IMG/VR virus record: IMGVR_UViG_3300032038_000053 | Coordinates: 1 to 64,000 of that record | Direction: 5' to 3' (one strand) | Length of the DNA stretch: 64,000 bases | DNA from: a virus | Lineage: Duplodnaviria; Caudoviricetes | Shown here: piece after piece, positions 31,737 through 40,357 of the stretch | Position numbering within the stretch: the stretch's first letter is position 1 | How the letters are laid out: every line of letters begins with the position of its first letter | Program-made: the position numbers and the translations under genes | Notes under the pieces: model-generated | What the model saw: the letters and a program-made list of their open reading frames with translations, nothing else | Database searches by the model: none | Told to the model about the DNA's origin: nothing

Positions 31737-31902
31737 GATTAAAATGAATCCGTTGTGTTGTGACAATCTTCGTCCTGTGTGGCTGAAGTATGCTGCTGAT
31801 TTGATCAACGGTATGTACGATAATGAATTAGATGAAATGTTTGAAGAAGGAGCAACCAATGAGGAAGAGATCGGAAGTAAGGAAGAACCACCCGTTGCCT
31901 GA
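31729..31902 (+). CDS. Small acidic hypothetical protein
   Basis: ATG after GGAGGAG inside ORF 31687-31902. Confidence 0.55.
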   Translation: MNEIKMNPLCCDNLRPVWLKYAADLINGMYDNELDEMFEEGATNEEEIGSKEEPPVA

Positions 31903-32197
31903 TACATATCAGAAACATGAAACATTGATTATGATTTGTTCGATTACAGTATTATTAGTGACAACATTTTGTGTCTTATCAACAGAATTATTGTTTAATA
32001 AAATGATGAAGATTCAAGAAGACCCATTGAAAATTCAAACTGTTGATATGTCGAGTGGTCATGCAGTTGTTGTCACATATTATACGAATCATGTCGAATT
32101 GTATGATGGTCAGATTTCATTTGTTGATCGTGATGGGAAGGAGATCACACTTCCCACCGCAATCATCACAGTGAATCAAATCAATGGAGGGAAGTAA
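31859..32197 (+). CDS. Membrane-anchored hypothetical protein
   Basis: One transmembrane segment; ATG after AAGGAG. Confidence 0.6.
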   Translation: MRKRSEVRKNHPLPDTYQKHETLIMICSITVLLVTTFCVLSTELLFNKMMKIQEDPLKIQTVDMSSGHAVVVTYYTNHVELYDGQISFVDRDGKEITLPTAIITVNQINGGK

Positions 32198-32198
32198 G

Positions 32199-33536
32199 AT
32201 GGCAGTAAAGAAAGCAAGTGTGTTAATGGAAGAAAACAAGGACAAATCCATGATGGAGATTCTGTCGATGGGTGGTTCTTCCGAAGTATTTAAGAAGAAT
32301 GATTTGATTGATTATTCGTATCCAACCGGTATCTCGGTGATTGATTATTCTTTGGGATATGAGGTGAATGTCAAAGATGAAACTGGTAAATTGATTAGAA
32401 AGCGTCAGTGTATTGGTTTACAAGCCGGGTCATTTAATGTCATTACAGGTGCAACTCAATCGTTCAAGACAACAATCGGAATGCAGATGTGTGCGAATAT
32501 TGCATATGCGAATGATGGGAACGTGGTACATTTGGATGCTGAAAACAGATTGGTTGTACAGCGTTTAAAGAATCTCACCAAGTTACCGGATTCGTGGTTT
32601 GATGGTGAACATCCTCGTTATGCACTGCGAGGTGGTGCAATTGGTTATGATACGTTACAATCATTTGTCACAGAGATCTATGAGAACAAGATCAAGTTCA
32701 AACAATTGTTACTTCGTGATACTGGTGAAGTGGATGATCATAACAGACCTATTTGGTTGATGCCTCCGACTGTGATCTTCTTAGATTCCTTGTCTGATGT
32801 AATTGGAAAAGAATACGATATCCAAAACTCCAAGGAATGGGAGAAACAAAAAGAGATGCGTAATAATGCAGATGGTATGCGTAATGCGAAAACCTTAAAA
32901 GGTGTTATTTGTGATATCTTACCAATGTTAAAAGAAGCAAACATCATTTTCATCACAATTGCTCATGAGAATGCGAATGTATCTGGGACAATCGCTCCAC
33001 CAAAGAAGCAGTTTCAGTATGGCGATCATGCAACAAAGATAAGTGGCGGTAGAACTGTGGAATATAATGCATCATCCGTTATGGGTTTCACAGGTGAATC
33101 TTCTGCAGACTCTCGTTATGAAGAATCGACAGACGGATTTGTTGGTAATACGATTCTTTATGAGCCAATTAAGTTGTCAACGAATCAGAGTGGTAACAAA
33201 CGTAGTGGATTGGGATTCCGTATTGTTGTTGATAAGACACAGAATGGCTGTGACAATCTCCGTACACTTGTATTGTTCTTGAATGATCGTGGGCGTTTGA
33301 AGGGTAACAAAGCAGGATTCAAGGTATTGGATGAGCAGGGTCAAGAAGTGAGTGGTAAGTTCACATGGAAACATATCTATGAAGACTTCCAGCAAGACCC
33401 AGCAACATACAAAATCTTCTTACTCACAGCAAAAAAAGAACTCGATAAATTGGTTTCTCCTGCATTGGATGTTGCTGGTAAAATCAAACCGTTTAATATG
33501 AATGGAATCTTAGCTGAATTAGATGCATTAAATTAA
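32199..33536 (+). CDS. RecA/UvsX-like recombinase (phiKZ-type)
   Basis: Walker A GATQSFKTT, HLDAE, Walker B IFLDSL, SGG(R) motif. Confidence 0.82.
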   Translation: MAVKKASVLMEENKDKSMMEILSMGGSSEVFKKNDLIDYSYPTGISVIDYSLGYEVNVKDETGKLIRKRQCIGLQAGSFNVITGATQSFKTTIGMQMCANIAYANDGNVVHLDAENRLVVQRLKNLTKLPDSWFDGEHPRYALRGGAIGYDTLQSFVTEIYENKIKFKQLLLRDTGEVDDHNRPIWLMPPTVIFLDSLSDVIGKEYDIQNSKEWEKQKEMRNNADGMRNAKTLKGVICDILPMLKEANIIFITIAHENANVSGTIAPPKKQFQYGDHATKISGGRTVEYNASSVMGFTGESSADSRYEESTDGFVGNTILYEPIKLSTNQSGNKRSGLGFRIVVDKTQNGCDNLRTLVLFLNDRGRLKGNKAGFKVLDEQGQEVSGKFTWKHIYEDFQQDPATYKIFLLTAKKELDKLVSPALDVAGKIKPFNMNGILAELDALN

Positions 33537-33546
33537 CAAAAAAGAA

Positions 33547-33567
33547 TCCCCGGCTAAGCCGGGGATA
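33547..33567. terminator. Bidirectional terminator between convergent genes
   Basis: ATCCCCGGC-TAA-GCCGGGGAT. Confidence 0.65.
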
Positions 33568-33576
33568 TCATATAAA

Positions 33577-34530
33577 TTACTTGTACAGATATTCCTTGAG
33601 GAATGCGTCCAGTGCTTTTTTGGCTTTCTTTTTCTGTAATGGATAAAGTGTTTGTTCATAATTTGTTTTAGGACGAATGTCATTCGTAACCCAGATATAC
33701 ACATCACCGATCGTCTGCATTTCTGCATGATAATACAATACCTGATATAACTTTTTCTCGAGATTAAGATGGTCAGTGCGCCATTCCATCACAAGTGGTT
33801 CATCCGGGATATCCACCATCAGCTCTACCTCATGATGGAATTTCTCAGGCATTTCAGCATATTCAGTATGATAATACGAGCAATTTACAATATAACAGAT
33901 AGCTTCACGCATTGCCTTTTCACGACTTGTAAATTTTGTGAATTCCCAATTTGCACTAAACAGTGTTCTGTGAATCGAAAGAATGCTAGATACCTTTGCA
34001 AGCCGGGTAGTATCGAATACAACTTCATCGTTCTTGAACATTTCATGGATTGATTCAATGTCAATGCCGGGGTCTGCCTGTTTCATAACATATAACATTT
34101 CATCAATATATGTCATAATATACGGATTCCCGTTTTCATGAAATCCATTGTGAATACCTAAAAATGCGGCGAGATTATACGGATAAGAGTATTCACACAT
34201 TCTAATCAACGGTTCAATGAGTTTCTTACAACCAGACTGACGAAGTTTACGAAATGCTTGTCGTTCAATCTGTTGTACTCGTGAACTACAAACGGTTTTA
34301 CGTCCATCCCAGTATTCGTCTTTTCTTTCAACGAAGTTCGAAATTTTTGTATAGGTCTTATGCTCTTTATAATGTTCAAGTAAAATTGTTGTTTCACGTT
34401 CTTCTAATGTTGGTAACATGCGATTCTCAATTACATCGATAAAGAACTGCGGAGGAATCTTTAAAACTTCATCATCCAATTCTCCAAGCATGCCCATCAT
34501 AAAATTATACGGGTAATCTTTTGTTGTCAT
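33577..34530 (-). CDS. Putative transcription modulator: sigma70 region-4-like HTH plus C-terminal RNAP alpha-CTD-like domain
   Basis: N-terminal TLEERETTILL...SSRVQQIERQAFRKLR; C-terminal TDHLNLEKKLYQVL...MQTIGDV resembles IEELELSVRSYNCL..INTVGEL. Confidence 0.6.
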   Translation of the reverse strand: MTTKDYPYNFMMGMLGELDDEVLKIPPQFFIDVIENRMLPTLEERETTILLEHYKEHKTYTKISNFVERKDEYWDGRKTVCSSRVQQIERQAFRKLRQSGCKKLIEPLIRMCEYSYPYNLAAFLGIHNGFHENGNPYIMTYIDEMLYVMKQADPGIDIESIHEMFKNDEVVFDTTRLAKVSSILSIHRTLFSANWEFTKFTSREKAMREAICYIVNCSYYHTEYAEMPEKFHHEVELMVDIPDEPLVMEWRTDHLNLEKKLYQVLYYHAEMQTIGDVYIWVTNDIRPKTNYEQTLYPLQKKKAKKALDAFLKEYLYK

Positions 34531-34544
34531 TTTACATTTCTCCT

Positions 34545-34748
34545 TTACATAATAATAGAGCGGTTCATAATTTCATCCCTCATTCTATCGTACTCGGGAT
34601 GCCGCTTATCCAAAATCCATCCATTACAGAATGGAATTTTGAATGGTTTCATTGGTTCGTCGAGCTCCGTGATAGTTCTGTCTTGACGAGGACCTTCACT
34701 GTCCGGAGCATCGGCGGGCCAACTAATCTTTGTTTCATAAGCCATCAT
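34545..34748 (-). CDS. Small hypothetical protein
   Basis: RBS AAGGAGGTG before ATG at 34748. Confidence 0.6.
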   Translation of the reverse strand: MMAYETKISWPADAPDSEGPRQDRTITELDEPMKPFKIPFCNGWILDKRHPEYDRMRDEIMNRSIIM

Positions 34749-34833
34749 TTTCACCTCCTTTATGATGGATTTAAATAAGTCAATCATAAACATCAATCCT
34801 TTCAATCCCGCCCCATTGGGGCGGGAAGATTGT

Positions 34834-35214
34834 TTAAACCATTGCTAATTTTTTATGTTCATCTACTGATACTGAGAGTAATTCCGGATTCGCAACCTGA
34901 TACTTGACAATGGCCCAGAAAGTTCTGTTTAAAGCTTCCTGATACTGGGAGCGACCATACTGTTCAGATACAGACTTCATATACTCATAGTCAACCAAGG
35001 CTTCGATATACAATCCACTAATATTGTTATTGGTGAGATTCATAGAAATGTCTGCGACATGCACATGTTTGCCGGAATCCTTCCAATACTTGTCTAACAA
35101 CACGCCACGATTTGCGACGTTAACATATTCAACGGTCTGAATCAAGCTCGGAAGCTCAACCATTTTTGTTTTGTCCTTGCGATAGAACACAAGATTCTTA
35201 ATTTGGATATTCAT
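34834..35214 (-). CDS. Hypothetical protein (126 aa)
   Basis: RBS AAAGGAG. Confidence 0.7.
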   Translation of the reverse strand: MNIQIKNLVFYRKDKTKMVELPSLIQTVEYVNVANRGVLLDKYWKDSGKHVHVADISMNLTNNNISGLYIEALVDYEYMKSVSEQYGRSQYQEALNRTFWAIVKYQVANPELLSVSVDEHKKLAMV

Positions 35215-35239
35215 ACTTTTTCTCCTTTATTACAAATTT

Positions 35240-35596
35240 TTACATTAATTTTTTTGCATGCAACGGAACACCCTGGTGAATTTCTGGCTTATTATTTAAC
35301 GAACGGGTTTCAATCAAAATAACCATATCCCAGAACAATTCATCCAATACACCCAACAATGAAATTGCATCACCACTCGTCAGGTCATTCAGTGCTTCTT
35401 CATTAGCCATTGCTCTGATATCTGCAGTTTTACCGTTACGGAAACCGATTGTCAAATCCAACACAAATTTGTCATTATCATTCCCAAGAATCGATACATC
35501 AACAAAATTGAGTGGAACATCATGTAATCTACTTCGGAGAATGGTTTTGGTATTCTCTTCTGTAGACTCAACAGGAATAATGAAGTGATTTTTCAT
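35240..35596 (-). CDS. Hypothetical protein
   Basis: RBS AAAGGAG before MKNHFII. Confidence 0.65.
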   Translation of the reverse strand: MKNHFIIPVESTEENTKTILRSRLHDVPLNFVDVSILGNDNDKFVLDLTIGFRNGKTADIRAMANEEALNDLTSGDAISLLGVLDELFWDMVILIETRSLNNKPEIHQGVPLHAKKLM

Positions 35597-35645
35597 ACGT
35601 AAACTCCTTTCAAGGAGGGGGTGCAATTGCACCCCCCTTATTTCC

Positions 35646-36797
35646 TTACACTTCAATCGGTTCAGTATCGGCAGCACCAACTGTGACTTTCTTTGTACCA
35701 CCATTGTTAGCAACCTCTACATACAATTCACGCTCAACAATGTTGGCCAATTCTTCTTGTTTCATAACAAGCAAACGGTCGGGACCACGCCAATGACCAT
35801 TGACGAATTTGCCAGTAGAAGGACGAATATAACCAGGGCACCACCACAGAGTTTTGTGACGCTGATACTTTCCACCGATTGTACGGTAAACGTTCTTGCG
35901 AATCGTCTTGTAAGTTTCAGCATCGACGTAACGACGACGGATGTTGTCCTTCTTCTTGTTGGGTCTGCATGTATGATTGTGAACTTCACGCTCAACAGGC
36001 TCCCATCCCTCGACAAAGATTGTCTTGGTAATCGGGTGCAGCATAGCTAATTCGCATCCATACCACATTGCTAAGTACTGTGTGAGAATCATTTCCAATC
36101 CACTGGGAGACATGAGTCTACCGCCCTTCAACACACCACGGACAGCAATTACCTGATTGAATGAAACATATTTCAGATTCTCAATTCTTTTCTCAGTTTC
36201 ATTTTCCTGGCAAGCATCGAGTGTCAATTCAATGACTACCTCGAAATCCATTCCCTCAAAACGGATTTTAGCTGTACCGATGACAACATGCCCTTCATAA
36301 CCGGAATTACGGAAGTTCTCAATCAGTTCTACATAATTCGGACGAATGTGTACCGTGCAGTCTTTTGTGAGAATTCCATCCTTGGTCATAATCTGAGAAC
36401 CAAGACGCATGTCCATAATCGGGATGGTTTTAGCCCAGATGATGTCTGTTGGAATTGAAATATTTGGGGATTCTGTCAACGCCTCATAGCCCCACATTCT
36501 ACCAAGTTCATCGATACCCTTCTTGTCTAGGTATATGATATCGGTAGGGCGAGCAGATGCTTCGTCGAAGAGTCGCTTTGTTGTCTTGCGGTTATGAATG
36601 TGAATCTTCTCCACATCATCACCATAAAGAAACTGTTTGAGTCCGCCGGTCTCCTCTAAATGCTGAAAGTGTGCAGCAATCATTGTCAGCTCATCATCGC
36701 CAACTTCGCTACCACCAGCAGTTGTTGTGTACTTGCGCAGTTCTTCCTTAATTTGCTGCACACGTAATGCTTTTCGGATGTCATTGACATTTGCCAT
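35646..36797 (-). CDS. Hypothetical phage protein (383 aa) with basic C-terminal GHWRGP motif
   Basis: RBS AAGGAGG; RHKTLWWCPG...NGHWRGP resembles a widespread phage domain of unknown function. Confidence 0.75.
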   Translation of the reverse strand: MANVNDIRKALRVQQIKEELRKYTTTAGGSEVGDDELTMIAAHFQHLEETGGLKQFLYGDDVEKIHIHNRKTTKRLFDEASARPTDIIYLDKKGIDELGRMWGYEALTESPNISIPTDIIWAKTIPIMDMRLGSQIMTKDGILTKDCTVHIRPNYVELIENFRNSGYEGHVVIGTAKIRFEGMDFEVVIELTLDACQENETEKRIENLKYVSFNQVIAVRGVLKGGRLMSPSGLEMILTQYLAMWYGCELAMLHPITKTIFVEGWEPVEREVHNHTCRPNKKKDNIRRRYVDAETYKTIRKNVYRTIGGKYQRHKTLWWCPGYIRPSTGKFVNGHWRGPDRLLVMKQEELANIVERELYVEVANNGGTKKVTVGAADTEPIEV

Positions 36798-36862
36798 ATT
36801 TGTTTACCTCCTTAAAGTAAAAGGGTAGTTTTATGTCGTGCCCAGGACATTTGTCGTATGAT

Positions 36863-38641
36863 TTACTTATTTGAAGAGCTCAGCTTCAGTGGTACATCAA
36901 CAGTTGACACTGTGATGTTAGTAGCTGTTCTCTTGTCAGTATTGGGAATCGGTGCATCAACGATATGACGAAGTACGCCATTATCACCCTTCTCCGTATG
37001 CATGTGAACAGAGTAGTCCACAATATGACGGAATCCAAGAGCTTTTGACGATTCATCCTCATGAGAGATTACCAGCATTGTGCATCCACGGGTCTCTCTG
37101 TCGATGACATCAATAACCTTTTCCTCGGTACAATACTCATCATCACGCAACCAACGGGTACGCTTGTCCAGTGCACTTGTTACCTCATCCAGCATGATAA
37201 TATCAGATGTGTTACGAACAGGATTCACAACACCTTTCTGGTAATTGCGGATATGGATAAAGAGTCTCATCAGACTGATACGAGATGCTTCGCCACCAGA
37301 TGGATGAACACCTTCACCTAAGATGATAGTATCCAATCCATCAGGAAGAGCACGCAACCAGTCACCCATGCCGATGTCATCAAGCAATTGTTCAATCACC
37401 GTATCCGGCACGTATTTATTACCCAACGTAATGTTGTTACGAAGGGTATCATACAAAAGTTCTGTCTTCTGGTGGATATAAAACACTCTAACATCCGGGG
37501 GTGTAGAGCCTTCCATTTCTCCAGCAAAGAACTTGAACAATGTTGATTTACCAACCCCTGAAGCAGCTTCGATTCTGTATCTCTTACCACGTTTGATTTC
37601 CAATTCAGGAATCAGATAAGGATTCTTAATCTCCGTATCAGAAGCATAATGGAATCCAATATTCTTGAGAACCAATCTCTCAGGCATAACTGGCTTTTCT
37701 TGGTATTCGACATCGTCACCTTTCAGCTTGTTGATGACTTCGTTACAACCATCAATTTCAGACTGATTAGCAACATAGTCAGTGATGAGTCCAACCATGT
37801 TGTTGATTGTCCATTCATTGAATGCGATGAAGAGTGCTAACGATGTATCATTATTAGCAAATGCGACATACAATGCCAACACACAAGGCACATTGATGAG
37901 GAAGTTGAAGAATCCCTCATACAAATTCTGTGCCGGATTGTTGCATGCAGGTGCGCATTCATATTGAACCTCTTCCTGAGTGGACATCGCATAATCGTCA
38001 GCACCCATATATTTAAGCATTTTTACTGCTTCAAAATTGGATACTGTCACCTGATGCATATGACCTTTGAGCTCAGCCTTCACGGTGTCGCATTTCAGAA
38101 GCTTATTGCCATTCAGATAGCCAACAATGCAAAATACCATGATGACAACCATTGCAATTGCCGTTGCCGGAGAGAGTTTGAAGATTTCCCAGACAACAAT
38201 AGCAAACGGAATCAGCGCCTGAAGTGTTGCCAAGATAGTTGCTGCCTGTCCGGACTTGAGGCCAGCAATTTCAGAAGTTGTATTCATAATACTTCCAACA
38301 CCAACTTCGGTAATGTCGGAGATTTTGGACTTGAGCGCCTTCTGGAAAATCTTCAGGTACCAGCTGTCGCATACATTAAGCTTGAAAGCTTTCAGAATGT
38401 AACGATAAAGAATGGATACAGCAGGAATGGCGATATTTAACAGGATAATCGAACGCATGATATTGTCGTTCATTCCATCACCAATTTCCTTGTACACAGA
38501 ACTCTGATGCTTCGTGAGAATACCTAGGACAACCGCCAATCCAATATTCATCAATGCCAGTACCACCTGTGGAATCTTATGCATGATGATATGGGAAATT
38601 TTCCACTGTGCAGATTCCGTAAACTTGTTTTTCTTTTTCAT
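36863..38641 (-). CDS. ABC exporter half-transporter (fused membrane domain + ATPase)
   Basis: Several transmembrane helices, Walker A AASGVGKST, signature PSGGE, Walker B IMLDEVTSALD, H-loop ISHE. Confidence 0.88.
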   Translation of the reverse strand: MKKKNKFTESAQWKISHIIMHKIPQVVLALMNIGLAVVLGILTKHQSSVYKEIGDGMNDNIMRSIILLNIAIPAVSILYRYILKAFKLNVCDSWYLKIFQKALKSKISDITEVGVGSIMNTTSEIAGLKSGQAATILATLQALIPFAIVVWEIFKLSPATAIAMVVIMVFCIVGYLNGNKLLKCDTVKAELKGHMHQVTVSNFEAVKMLKYMGADDYAMSTQEEVQYECAPACNNPAQNLYEGFFNFLINVPCVLALYVAFANNDTSLALFIAFNEWTINNMVGLITDYVANQSEIDGCNEVINKLKGDDVEYQEKPVMPERLVLKNIGFHYASDTEIKNPYLIPELEIKRGKRYRIEAASGVGKSTLFKFFAGEMEGSTPPDVRVFYIHQKTELLYDTLRNNITLGNKYVPDTVIEQLLDDIGMGDWLRALPDGLDTIILGEGVHPSGGEASRISLMRLFIHIRNYQKGVVNPVRNTSDIIMLDEVTSALDKRTRWLRDDEYCTEEKVIDVIDRETRGCTMLVISHEDESSKALGFRHIVDYSVHMHTEKGDNGVLRHIVDAPIPNTDKRTATNITVSTVDVPLKLSSSNK

Positions 38642-38713
38642 CGTATTTCCTCCTTTGATTCGATGAAAGTGCGGGCCCTTGTGACAGAAGGGCCCTGGGT
38701 TGATATTCATACA

Positions 38714-39004
38714 TTAACCGCATACTGCGTATACGGTCTTACCGTCGAGCTCCCACTCAACGACGATTGTCAGAATTCCGAAGCTGTCCGAATCACCTAC
38801 ACGTACTGAGAAACCGTGCTCATGGAGATATTTGACATTTTCGAATTCCAGGAATAAGCCATCTGATGACAACAGATTTGCGGCATCATCAGCTACTTCG
38901 TGCACCTGCGGAAGTCCACAGTAATCACCCTCTTCATCAGGTTTTGTGTGAAAATCAGCAATTGTGAACTCTTGCAGTTTCTGAACAAATTCTTCGATTG
39001 TCAT
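38714..39004 (-). CDS. Hypothetical protein
   Basis: RBS AAAGGAGGTG before MTIEEF. Confidence 0.65.
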   Translation of the reverse strand: MTIEEFVQKLQEFTIADFHTKPDEEGDYCGLPQVHEVADDAANLLSSDGLFLEFENVKYLHEHGFSVRVGDSDSFGILTIVVEWELDGKTVYAVCG

Positions 39005-39072
39005 AGCATTCACCTCCTTTCGATGACAAGCGCGATGCTTCCGGGGGCCGAAGCCCCCGTTCGCATCTTTGT

Positions 39073-39405
39073 TCAAATCATGTCTTTCACCATTGTACCA
39101 TTCTTGCGAATCGCCTGTTCTAACAGATTCATCGCCTCATGATGATGGTAAACATCATGCCAATTGCGGAAGAACGACAAATCGAACTCCCCGTGGCAGA
39201 ACCATTGGCCAGTGGCATTCTTATCCTCTTTGAGAATGAAGTCACCCTCATATGTAGGAGTAGTCAACCACTGGTACTTCCCATCTTTTCTGATAACAAC
39301 TGCATTCTCATCATCAGCACTTGTCAATGCCATGTTGACATCAACAGCACTTCCGATAAGCGGCATGCTCAAATCAGAAGACAGGTCTGTGATTTTGATC
39401 TTCAT
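39073..39405 (-). CDS. Hypothetical protein (110 aa), first gene of an early operon
   Basis: RBS AAAGGAGGTG; promoter motif upstream. Confidence 0.7.
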   Translation of the reverse strand: MKIKITDLSSDLSMPLIGSAVDVNMALTSADDENAVVIRKDGKYQWLTTPTYEGDFILKEDKNATGQWFCHGEFDLSFFRNWHDVYHHHEAMNLLEQAIRKNGTMVKDMI

Positions 39406-39454
39406 AAAATCACCTCCTTTATTTGAAGATCACAAATAGACTTTCATCTATTGT

Positions 39455-39470
39455 CATATTAATAGTACAT
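39455..39470 (-). promoter_or_regulatory. Putative early promoter
   Basis: ATGTACTATTAATATG, identical to the copy at 41904-41919. Confidence 0.55.
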
Positions 39471-39562
39471 ATATCAAAGTTAAAAATAATAGAAATGACA
39501 AAGGAGGCCCAGAGGCCTCCAAAGTCAAGTGTAAAAAAAGAATTGGAAGTAAAGATGACCGA

Positions 39563-39635
39563 TTGTGGAGAAGAGATTCGAACTCTTGCATGCATGCTCC
39601 AAGGGCATGTGTCTTCACCGCTTGACTACTCCACA
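39563..39635 (-). tRNA. tRNA-Gln(TTG), atypical (C33, no CCA)
   Basis: Cloverleaf: TGTGGAG/CTCCACA acceptor, CATGC-CCTTGGA-GCATG anticodon arm, AAGAG-TTCGAAT-CTCTT T arm. Confidence 0.75.
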
Positions 39636-39646
39636 TTTTATATTGA

Positions 39647-39716
39647 TGGGCCTACAGAATCGAACTCTGATAACTCGGTTATGAGCCGAGGGGTCTAACC
39701 ATTGATCTATAGGCCC
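39647..39716 (-). tRNA. tRNA(CAT), Ile2-like or Met, with an apparent 2-nt deletion in the T arm
   Basis: GGGCCTA/TAGGCCC acceptor, CTCGG-CTCATAA-CCGAG anticodon arm, T arm CAGAG-TTCGA-TTCTG. Confidence 0.7.
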
Positions 39717-39771
39717 ATGGGCTAACATAGAAAAATTACAACGAAGGTGATACTCTATTGTTCATAGAGTA

Positions 39772-40007
39772 TCGACCGTCGAGGGATGCTTCGTCCTCCG
39801 CAAACCGTCTGTCATTTCACGTCCGGCTGATCAAGCTACACGTTCAACGTGAATACACAGTGCATCTGACCTATCCTAATTCGTAGACTATTCAACTTCT
39901 ACCGGATACACGACACTTGGAGCTACCGCGTGTTGGAATTCAGCCTCCTCATTGCTCGAGCTCACATGCCTATTCATGTGGTATTTTTATGATTCAGCTT
40001 CGGTCGA
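39772..40007 (-). ncRNA. Candidate ~236-nt structured ncRNA of unknown class
   Basis: GC-richer than flanks; terminal helix UCGACCG/CGGUCGA; several internal helices; lies between tRNAs; no ORF. Confidence 0.55.
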
Positions 40008-40037
40008 AAAAAATATCTTACCACCAATTCAGGTGGT

Positions 40038-40123
40038 TGGTGCCGGATACAAGATTTGAACTTGCATGCTACAATAGCGCTCCGTCTTAAGCGGAGTGTG
40101 TCTGCCAATTTCACCAATCCGGC
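40038..40123 (-). tRNA. tRNA-Leu(TAA)
   Basis: GCCGGAT acceptor, CTCCG-CTTAAGA-CGGAG, long variable arm, encoded CCA. Confidence 0.93.
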
Positions 40124-40193
40124 ATATGTGGAGATTGGGGGTCTCCACATCGCGAAAAGGATTAACGCCCGAAAGCATGTTGTTAATCCCGAG

Positions 40194-40278
40194 CGCTGAG
40201 GGTGGGATTCGGACCCACGGGCCGTTAGGCACAGAAGATTTCAAGTCTACGCTCTTATGACCACTTGAGCACCTCAGC
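40194..40278 (-). tRNA. tRNA-Ser(TGA), slightly atypical
   Basis: GCTGAGG/CCTCAGC acceptor, G73, long variable arm, TGA anticodon; T-loop TCCGAAT, T:T mismatch in anticodon stem, no CCA. Confidence 0.8.
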
Positions 40279-40320
40279 AAATGTATCTATTAGTATATAA
40301 AATAAATTAAGAAAATAAAA

Positions 40321-40350
40321 AAATAACCGGAGATTTCTCTCCGGTTATTT
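40321..40350 (-). terminator. Terminator closing the RAMP gene + repeat array transcript
   Basis: AAATAACCGGAGA-TTTC-TCTCCGGTTATTT perfect 13-bp stem; T-run follows on the minus strand. Confidence 0.7.
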
Positions 40351-40357
40351 CGGTTAA

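Noticed and set aside
39772-40007. RNase P, tmRNA, SRP or 6S identity for the structured RNA
   Set aside because: Lacks GAGGAAAGUCC/P4, a tRNA-like 3' end with tag ORF, the SRP GGAA loop, and a 6S-type long hairpin.
40130-40190. HDV-like/theta ribozyme after tRNA-Ser (GGGAUUA P1 with G-U, UCG in the loop, GCGA)
   Set aside because: P2 would be only ~3 bp and P1.1 cannot form; two simple hairpins explain the sequence.
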